From: Tubiluchus corallicola
Lineage: Eukaryota > Animalia > Priapulida
Direction of reading: 5' to 3'
Assembly (NCBI GenBank): GCA_030141605.1
Contig: JAQGDQ010001292.1
Coordinates: 1-49,268, forward strand
DNA length: 49,268 bases
This document shows, piece after piece, positions 39,427 to 49,268 of the stretch. Made by a program: the position numbers and the translations under genes. Position 1 is the stretch's first letter. Each line of letters starts with the position of its first letter. The notes beneath the pieces were generated by a model, which saw nothing but the letters and a program-made list of their open reading frames with translations, searched no databases and had not been told where the DNA came from.

Positions 39427-39482
39427 ACGACATTTTGGATCCAGCTGATGTTATCGTCTATGATGAAAAATTGGAGTCTAAC
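39427..39482 (+). CDS. PAN-galectin copy 2, exon 2 (acidic linker)
   Basis: tcttttatag|AC GAC ATT...TCT AAC|gtaagt = DDILDPADVIVYDEKLESN; bridges phase 1 to phase 0 exactly. Confidence 0.8.
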
Positions 39483-39826
39483 GTAAGTAGCTGGGACATA
39501 CACGAGTTCTTGATCATAATTATGATATACTCTTTTTAAAGAACTACTTTAAACATCAACTTGGATCAACAGTCTGTTGTAGGTAGAGTTTTGTTAATAG
39601 CAAAATGTACCTAGCTATAATTGCTACTTTACCCTACTGATGCAAATTTATATAAGAGTTAGCCAGTTACTTAATATACTATACCTTTGCAACTGATTTG
39701 TTTCTGATGAAACTGATTTCAATAATGCAACCAAAAACAACATTGTTAATAGCGATTCGGTATATCTTTATTACTTACATTTCGACACAGTCTTGAATCA
39801 TCGTCAGAGCACTAGCTTGTGCAAAT

Positions 39827-40242
39827 TAGAGGTGACCATTCTCTATCAAAAAACGAATTCGATTCGAATCGAATCGAATTTTTGACTTTCAAACACGGAT
39901 CATACCGAATTTCAATACTTCGAATCCCGATCGAAATCGAATTCAGTTTTAAGGATTTTTAAATAAATTTTCGGACCATACATAAAAAGCAGTCTCGCAA
40001 AGATCGTGCATATTGCTTGATATTGTTCTGCAGTAAAAGCACTAATAATTTGTTTAAAAATTGTGCACTGAAAAACCAAATTGTGCTGACTGCATGCCGT
40101 TTCAAACGTTTTAATAAAAATGAATATATGTAGTTGAAGTGGTGGTTTATTCAGATCCGTAATTTTAGGTTTGATTCGAATTAAAAAAACTATTTCGAAT
40201 TGAAGTCGAACTTTCGAATACGAACGTCCTCTGTTCAACCTA
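39827..40242. mobile_element. Non-autonomous hAT-like element with CGAAT subterminal repeats
   Basis: TAGAGG...CCTA ends, degenerate 8-bp TSD GTGCAAAT/GTGAAAGT, (TT)CGAAT clusters like the large hAT. Confidence 0.65.
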
Positions 40243-40423
40243 GTGAAAGTGTTCTGACAATGAAGCACGTTTGCATCGAAACATAAGCTGTAAAGAGGAG
40301 CCATGTTGTTATCAACAATACCCGTCTTTTTCAACAATACAAGTATAAACCTACTGTGCATAAACTGTTCATTATTATTTATTTGTCACTGTTGCTGACT
40401 GTTTATACTTTCCATACTTACAG

Positions 40424-40545
40424 AGGTCCATGTATCCACCTTTGAATGACGTAGACGTGCCTTTTGTACATGAAATCTACGGCGCAAGAAATGGCACAAC
40501 GTTTTACATAGAGGGCAGAGTGATCGACATTCTTGTAGAGCATAC
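40424..40545 (+). CDS. PAN-galectin copy 2, exon 3 (start of galectin CRD)
   Basis: cttacag|RSMYPPLNDVDVPFVHEIYGARNGTTFYIEGRVIDILVEH-AC|gtagg; VPF..I.G...G..Y.I.G.V galectin N-terminal pattern. Confidence 0.85.
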
Positions 40546-40786
40546 GTAGGCATTTGTATTTACCAAAATAACTTCCAAGTGTGACCAGTCACTTGTCTTT
40601 GCTTTAACTCACATGTTTTCCTTTTAGGAACACAATATACTATACATTTAACATAGATATGACCAGGATTTGCAAAATTCATCATTAACATAATTTATTT
40701 TCAAACACATGTAGAGTTAAGTCAGAAAAGTGGTTCAATTAAAAGAAGTATTATAGTAGTGAAAATAAATATAAATATTAAACCCT

Positions 40787-40787
40787 G

Positions 40788-40820
<33 letters not shown>

Positions 40821-40860
40821 GCAACAACAACAACAACAACAACAATAACAACAACAACAA
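40787..40860. repeat. (CAA)n microsatellite
   Basis: Direct reading. Confidence 0.95.
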
Positions 40861-41113
40861 AAGGATGGCTATTATTTACATACAAGAAGACAAAGCAATT
40901 TAAAAAAAACACCGCACATTCTAGCGTATCTCTCAATTGATACTTTGTTAAAAATTAAAGTTCATGTTTCCTACACATCTTAAACAATCTTTTGCTAAGT
41001 TAATTGTCGCTATCTGTCTGGAATTTAACTCGCATCATTTTACAATTTTGCGAGATAATACATGAAAATTACATTTTCTAGGGTAAAATTATTTTCTATA
41101 ATAATTCTATAAC

Positions 41114-41524
<411 letters not shown>

Positions 41525-44432
41525 TAGGTAAGCAAACTCCTCCAAAAATCGAATTCGAATCGAATTTCAAGATTTCGAATTCATTACTAACCATTTTCGA
41601 ATCAAATTTCGAATAACGTGTGCAAAAATCTAAATTTATTTGTGGTGTATGAAAATATTTATTATGTGAATTACATATAAGTATACATCAAAAGCCATGC
41701 CCTTTCCAATCTTCTAGCAGTAATAGTTTTTCACCCGTGGCTGGTGTTAATGAAGCCCGCTTTTTGGAAATCAAAAAGCCCATCCAGCTAAAAAGCCTTT
41801 CACTTGGCACAGTACTAGCAGGAACAGAGAACAGTCTTAATGGTAAAATTTTCAAGTTAGGATAAACTGTAGATCTTGATTGCCAATATTGCAGACTTCA
41901 TATTCAACATGTGTGCTATTTTCAAGCAAGTAAGCCTTGAACTCCGAACAAAGCTTTTCATCAAAGGACTGAGCATTTGCAGGTTTGTGTTCCTGATTTG
42001 GTTCTCCTTCCTCTGAATCAGAATCAAGACTAAACTGTGAAGCATGGTATACTTTTTGCTTCTTTTCTTGTATGATACCACATTGGTTCACAGTCCCGAT
42101 TCGAAGTTTTGCGGCAGCTTTCAATATTATATCCAACCTTTCCTCGGGCTCTCTTTCCTCTCTAGGTAAGGCTTTCCCATCTTTAAACCTTGGGTCAAGC
42201 AATGTAGCTGCTTTGTGCAAAATACAAGCAGCTGAATGCTCCATTCTTGAAATAAAATTTCACACTATAGTTGCTTTAAGGCTGCATATGTTTCGAGGTT
42301 CTGTAACTTCATTGGGTTTCATAGTAACGCGTAAAGGCTTCATGATGGGATACACTATCCAACTTGAAACGAAACGGTCGCCATCTAAATCATCTGTAAC
42401 CTGTGCCACTGGTTTTATCGCTTTCACAATCTGGTCCAGTCTGGCTTCTTCTGCTAGTAGGAGTGCTGGTGGTGATAAAGCACAGATGCCTTCTTTTAAT
42501 TCTATTAATCTCTGCATTGTAAAGAAAGTACTGTTCCAGCGTCTTTCCACATCAGTAGTTAGAGTGTAAGCTGTTTTTCCTATTTGACCACTTTCATATT
42601 CTTTCAAGGCATGCGTAGAAAAACAGGAGTGTTTAAAATGGCTGATTAAGCGTTTTGCTTTTAACAACAGTGGTTCAATGTTGGCTGCAGCTATGCCAGC
42701 TTTAAAAGGCGAGTTCAATGCATGACAGGCACATATGTTTGCAAATGCTGATACATCTACTTCAATTTCTCCATCTCCAGAGGTACGATGAAGCAGAGCA
42801 AGAAATTGTAATGTAGCTTTTTTCACATTACTAGCTTGGTTAATCACAAAATTTTTTCTTTTATTCCCAAAGCTGTTACAATCACCTCCAAACGTTTAGC
42901 TGTGTTCTCTGCTGAATGTTTCTGTGGGACATGCAGACAAGCTATTCTGAGTGAAACCAATTTGTAGTTTTTTACAAAGTGTGCAGTAACACCTAAAAAA
43001 GCATCGCAAGATATACTTGACCAGAAGTCATAAGTTAGCGAACTGTAATCTACAGATTCTCGGAATGACATAACTTTGGCTCTTGTTAAATCATATTGGT
43101 TGCAGATATTTCATTTAACAGTAAACCGAGATGGCAACTTCAGGGAAGCATCACCAGTAGCTATTCTGAACGCTTCAATAAGGTCTGTGTTCTCAATAGC
43201 TGCAAAAGGCTGACCACTGTTTATAACCCACAACGACAATTGTTTTTTTATAGCTGCCTCTTCTGGTGGATTAATTTTAGTGCTAGGATAGACATCATCA
43301 ACTTTTGTTTCCTTGGTGTGAGATTTTTCTGCAACCAAATCAGGGTGAGCCTAAAAAGTAAAAAAGATGGAAAAATACAGTGAAAGTAGAAAGTACAATC
43401 GCACATCGATTGATGTGTCATCCCTTGATGTATCTTCTATTCTTTCACAGCATAAAAATTGAATTGTCTAAGCTTTTTGCATTGATTATTTGATAAATAC
43501 AATGTAAGTTCTGTGTTTTTCTGTATACTTAGTTTTAACATTGGCATAATTATGCTGCTACCCATGCAACCTCTCTACCAGCTATTTTTCTAGTACAGTT
43601 TACCTTTTTGTTTTGTACTGTTTTTTAAAAATCAACTGCAATTTATAGGTGTAATTTTTTAAATTATCCGTGAAACATAATGCAATATCTAAAATAAGCT
43701 TAAGGTCAATTTATGAGGCATTCTTGTGTCCTGTACCTTATAGTTCGTAAGCTTACTCGTAGAAAAAGGTAAACAGCAAAAACTGTACTGCACAATTCAA
43801 GAAAATTTCCAAATTCACCAAAAATGAACGTGAATAAAAAAACATAAAGTACTGGAGTCATTGAAAATTGTGCATGTAGCCAGCATATTATGTCTACCAT
43901 TCTTAAAGAGTAAAAATTTAATCACGGAAAAAATAGCGTGGGCCGCATGTCATACATGTGTATAGCAGTCTATACTGTTTCTAAATGATTTTTAAGATTG
44001 GTCGTTGTTTTGCTAGTCTTGTAAATTTTCTTACACGTTTTGCAAGTTGCCTCTGACTCACTAAAATTATAGAACAGCGAGTACTTGCTTCTGCTGGCCA
44101 TCACGGTAACCTGCAAACTAATATCAAACGAGACTGTTCAAAATTACAAAATAACCTGCAGACGATTGCCGATTCTGATTACAAGTAATAGCGCCAATCT
44201 TGCCACTTCCACTGCTTATTATCGTTTTACATTAGTTCGCTCCGCAAATACCGCGCGTTTTGTCGGACCCGTTTTTCGGTAACGTCCATAACTTACAAAA
44301 ATTGCTCGCGGAAGTTGGACCTAATTGAGCTGACTTATACGCAGTTTCAAACATTTTCGTGGGAAAGAAGTAATGCAACTGAAGGTCTGCATTATTCGAA
44401 TCCATACTTTTGCGTTCGAATCGAATTCCCTA
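41525..44432 (-). mobile_element. hAT DNA transposon, full length with defective transposase (copy A)
   Basis: Ends TAGG...CCCTA with CGAAT subterminal repeats; 8-bp TSD GTTGTTGT/GGTGTTGT; absent from gene copy 1 at 35190. Confidence 0.92.
41688..44101 (-). pseudogene. hAT transposase pseudogene (BED finger, DDE, dimerisation domain), copy A
   Basis: CKTC..HLET|AH BED finger, YDFWSS, CACHAL, RWNST, LLDPRFK, PASTVPSERLFS; stops and frameshifts. Confidence 0.92.
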
Positions 44433-44976
44433 GGTGTTGTTGTTGTTGTTGTTGTAGTTGTGGATGCGCCCAAACCAATATTAACAAAAACGGCAATACG
44501 GCTTTGATTTGGTGCGATAAACCTGAAATAAATTTATTTTATAAAGCAAAAGATCGAAAAAACAAGAAGAAAATACACTGCAAAAATTTTGTGAAAAATA
44601 ATAATAATCGACAAGTAAGCAAATGAGTTGAGAAAAACCACTGTAGGTAGATTTAGCATTACGCATTTAAAATCAAGATTAAAGGGAAAATATACTAATG
44701 TTCCTTTAAAAAATATTAGCAATAGATCTCATGTGAAATTAATTATTAATTAATTAATTAATTAATTATTGTCACTACATGATAGGCACACAATATTTAA
44801 CATGGATGTAACCAGGATTCGTCCGTTTATGTTTTTTTAAAACTATTTTTGTTGTTAAATTGTTCGTTTTGATACGAATGAATATTTTCTGCTATGTTTA
44901 CAAATAATCTTAAGTGTTGATCAAAAGCGTTTGTTTTGGCGGTTAGCATTTACGAATTCATCTATAAATGTTTCAG

Positions 44977-45177
44977 ATTTACAGTTGACCTTCGTGTTAG
45001 TCAAGAGTCGGCTGTCAGCATCATAGCATTTCACTTCAAAGTTCGTTTTTTGGAGGGCATTACGGTACTTAACACCCGACTGGGTCCACATTATGGTCCT
45101 GAAGAAAGACAGACCACCTGGTTTCCATTTGAAGTAGGAAAGGAATTTGTCTTGGACATCGACATGCTTGAGGACAA
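44977..45177 (+). CDS. PAN-galectin copy 2, exon 4 (sugar-binding strands)
   Basis: FTVDLRVSQESAVSIIAFHFKVRFLEGITVLNTRLGPHYGPEERQTTWFPFEVGKEFVLDIDMLED; phase 2 in and out. Confidence 0.9.
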
Positions 45178-45672
45178 GTAAGACAGGCAGTTTGTTTCAT
45201 AATTATAATTTTTTTTGTTTAAAAGTTTGTTCGTCCTTAGAGAATGAAAATGAATCATTAAATCATTTGTAGCGTCGTATTGTGCTGTTTAACGTGGTTG
45301 CAAATGCATTGAAATATCCCCCTTTATCCATGGCTCAGTCTCTACTGCTCACAGGTTCAGTGTTTGCACCCGAATAAGACATAACAACTGTAGAATTCAG
45401 AACCTGATCTTTCTTAGTTTTTGCCTTTGTAAAGTGGATCATCAACTTGCAACAACAGTAGTAAAAAAATAGTTAGTTTCATAAATGCTTTACTTAATGT
45501 AAAGTAAGCATACTTGTTTTCAGTGAGTGGTAATAGTGACTATATCTAACAGTTATTTGTAGCACCACTAGCCGCCACTAAGTATGACCACTTTTTAATG
45601 GCTGTCGTGTTTTGCAACAAGCCGCAAGTTACACGTCAAAGTGAAAGCTTAAAGATTTCCTGCCTGTTTCAG

Positions 45673-45808
45673 GTTTTCTGTCACAATCAATGGAATCCAC
45701 TTTACAGATTACCAGCACCGATTCAAGCCTATTTGTGTTATGGATGAGATTTTTGTAGAGGGCGATATAGAAATTCAGAAGTACATCCAATATGGTCCAC
45801 CTGTGTAG
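45673..45808 (+). CDS. PAN-galectin copy 2, exon 5 (last)
   Basis: FSVTINGIHFTDYQHRFKPICVMDEIFVEGDIEIQKYIQYGPPV*; the five exons total 822 nt = 273 aa + stop. Confidence 0.88.
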
Positions 45809-45862
45809 GAGAGAAAGACATTCACAAATACATTCAATATGTCCACGTGTTAAAGAAAATAA

Positions 45863-48695
45863 CGTATAAGTCAGCTCAATTAGGTCCAACTTCCGCGAGC
45901 AATTTTTGTAAGTTATGGACGTTACCGAAAAACGGGTCCGACAAAACGCGCGGTATTTGCGGAGCGAACTAATGTAAAACGATAATAAGCAGTGGAAGTG
46001 GCAAGATTGGCGCTATTACTTGTAATCAGAATCGGCAATCGTCTGCAGGTTATTTTGTAATTTTGAACAGTCTCGTTTGATATTAGTTTGCAGGTTACCG
46101 TGATGGCCAGCAGAAGCAAGTACTCGCTGTTCTATAATTTTAGTGAGTCAGAGGCAACTTGCAAAACGTGTAAGAAAATTTACAAGACTAGCAAAACAAC
46201 GACCAATCTTAAAAATCATTTAGAAACAGTATAGACTGCTATACACATGTATGACATGCGGCCCACGCTATTTTTTCCGTGATTAAATTTTTACTCTTTA
46301 AGAATGGTAGACATAATATGCTGGCTACATGCACAATTTTCAATGACTCCAGTACTTTATGTTTTTTTATTCACGTTCATTTTTGGTGAATTTGGAAATT
46401 TTCTTGAATTGTGCAGTACAGTTTTTGCTGTTTACCTTTTTCTACGAGTAAGCTTACGAACTATAAGGTACAGGACACAAGAATGCCTCATAAATTGACC
46501 TTAAGCTTATTTTAGATATTGCATTATGTTTCACGGATAATTTAAAAAATTACACCTATAAATTGCAGTTGATTTTTAAAAAACAGTACAAAACAAAAAG
46601 GTAAACTGTACTAGAAAAGTTGCTGGTAGTGAGGGTTGCATGGGTAGCAGCATAATTATGCCAATGTTAAAACTAAGAATACAGAAAAACACAGAACCTA
46701 TATTGTATTTATCAAATAATCAATGCAAAAAGCTTAGACAATTCAATTTTTATGCTGTGAAAGAATAGAAGATACATCAAGGGATGACACATCAATCGAT
46801 GTGCGATTGTACTTTCTACTTTCACTGTATTTTTCCATCTTTTTTACTTTTTAGGCTCACCCTGATTTGGTTGCAGAAAAATCTCACACCAAGGAAACAA
46901 AAGTTGATGATGTCTATCCTAGCACTAAAATTAATCCACCAGAAGAGGCAGCTATAAAAAAACAATTGTCGTTGTGGGTTATAAACAGTGGTCAGCCTTT
47001 TGCAGCTATTGAGAACACAGACCTTATTGAAGCGTTCAGAATAGCTACTGGTGATGCTTCCCTGAAGTTGCCATCTCGGTTTACTGTTAAATGAAATATC
47101 TGCAACCAATATGATTTAACAAGAGCCAAAGTTATGTCATTCCGAGAATCTGTAGATTACAGTTCGCTAACTTATGACTTCTGGTCAAGTATATCTTGCG
47201 ATGCTTTTTTAGGTGTTACTGCACACTTTGTAAAAAACTACAAATTGGTTTCACTCAGAATAGCTTGTCTGCATGTCCCACAGAAACATTCAGCAGAGAA
47301 CACAGCTAAACGTTTGGAGGTGATTGTAACAGCTTTGAGAATAAAAGAAAAAATCTTTGTGATTAACAGTGACCAGGACAGTAACGTGAAAAATGTTACA
47401 TTGCAATTTCTTGCTGTGCTTCATCATAACAGAGGAGATGGAGAAACTGAAGTAGATGTATCAGCATTTGCAAACATATGTGCATGTCATGCACTAAAAT
47501 CGGCTGTTAAAGCTGGCATAATATATTAGCAGCCAACATTGAACAACTGTTGTTAAAAGCAAAACGCTTAATCAGCCATTTTAAACACTCCCGGCTTTCT
47601 GCGCATGCCTTGAAAGAATAAGATAAAAACGACAAATAGGAAAAATAGCTTACACTATAATTACTGATGTGGAGACACGCTGGAACAGCACTTTCTTTGC
47701 AATGCAGAGATTAGTAGAATTAAAGGAAGGCATTTGTGCTTGACACCACCAGCTCTCCAACTATCAGAAGAAGACTTTAACAGACTTGACCAGATTGTGA
47801 AAGGGCTAAACTCAGTGGCTCAAGTTACAGAAGGTGGAAACTATTTCGTTTCAAGCTCAATAGTGTGTCCCATAATGAAGCATTTACGTGTTACTATGAA
47901 ACCTAATGAAGTCACAGAACCTCGAAACATATGTAGCCTTAAAGAAACTATAGTGTCAAATTTTGTTTCAAGAATGGAGCACTCCGCTGCTTGTATTTTG
48001 TACAAAGCAGCTACATTGCTTGACCCAAGGTTTAAAGACGGGAAAGCCTTGCCTAGAGAGGAAAGGGAGCCCAAAGAAAGGTTGGATATTATATTGAAAG
48101 CCAACGCAAAACTTTGAATCGGGGCTGAGAACCAATCATGTATACCATGCAAGGAAAGAAGCAAAAATCATACCATTCATCACAGTTTAGTCTTGATTCT
48201 GACTCGGAGGAAGGAGAACCAATTCAGGAACACAAACCTGCAAATGCTCAGTCCTTTGATGAAAAGCTTTGTTCGGAGTTCAAGGCTTACTTGCTTGAAA
48301 ATAGCACACATGTTGAATATGAAGTCTGCAATATTGGCAATCAAGATCTACAGTTTATCCTAACTTGAAAATTTTACCATTAAGACTGTTCTCTGTTCCT
48401 GCTAGTACTGTGCCAAGTGAAAGGCTTTTTAGCTGGATGGGCTTTTTGATTTCCAAAAAGCGGGCTTCATTAACACCAGCCACGGGTGAAAAACTATTAC
48501 TGCTAGAAGATTGGAAAGGGCATGGCTTTTGATGTATACTTATATGTAATTCACATAATAAATATTTTCATACACCACAAATAAATTTAGATTTTTGCAC
48601 ACGTTATTCGAAATTTGATTCGAAAATGGTTAGTAATGAATTCGAAATCTTGAAATTCGATTCGAATTCGATTTTTGGAGGAGTTTGCTTACCTA
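45863..48695 (+). mobile_element. hAT transposon copy B (inverted; lacks ~91 bp of its 5' end)
   Basis: Reverse complement of 41525-44341; the mirror continues into host flank to the window end. Confidence 0.92.
46103..48532 (+). pseudogene. hAT transposase pseudogene, copy B
   Basis: Exon 46103-46228 (MASRSKYSLFYNFSESEATCKTCKKIYKTSKTTTNLKNHLET), intron, then 46855-48532; TGA at 47092 shared with copy A. Confidence 0.92.
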
Positions 48696-49100
<405 letters not shown>

Positions 49101-49268
49101 GTTATAGAATTATTATAGAAAATAATTTTACCCTAGAAAATGTAATTTTCATGTATTATCTCGCAAAATTGTAAAATGATGCGAGTTAAATTCCAGACAG
49201 ATAGCGACAATTAACTTAGCAAAAGATTGTTTAAGATGTGTAGGAAACATGAACTTTAATTTTTAACA

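Overview
AT-rich, repeat-dense animal (invertebrate-type) genomic DNA with spliceosomal introns; nothing prokaryotic or CRISPR-like. From left to right: (1) the first five coding exons of a clueless/CLUH orthologue on the minus strand (10212->2875, continuing out of the window), with introns full of MITEs and satellites; (2) a tandem cluster of four intronless class A GPCRs on the minus strand (one intact, three disrupted) with an acidic 3.32/5.42 pocket and no TM3-ECL2 disulfide; (3) a 5S rRNA-headed, bipartite RTE-derived SINE and an isolated gamma-glutamyltranspeptidase exon; (4) a tandemly duplicated gene for a signal peptide + PAN/apple + galectin protein. Copy 2 splices to an intact 273-aa ORF. 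Copy 1 has lost exons 2-3. The two carbohydrate-recognition domains (CRDs) differ mostly at non-synonymous sites. (5) A hAT transposon in intron 3 of copy 2 forms one arm of a >=3.4-kb inverted duplication whose 1.5-kb spacer holds the two CRD exons. The PAN-galectin/palindrome locus is the most novel-looking system. All calls come from reading the sequence by eye and from recalled family motifs; no searches were run.
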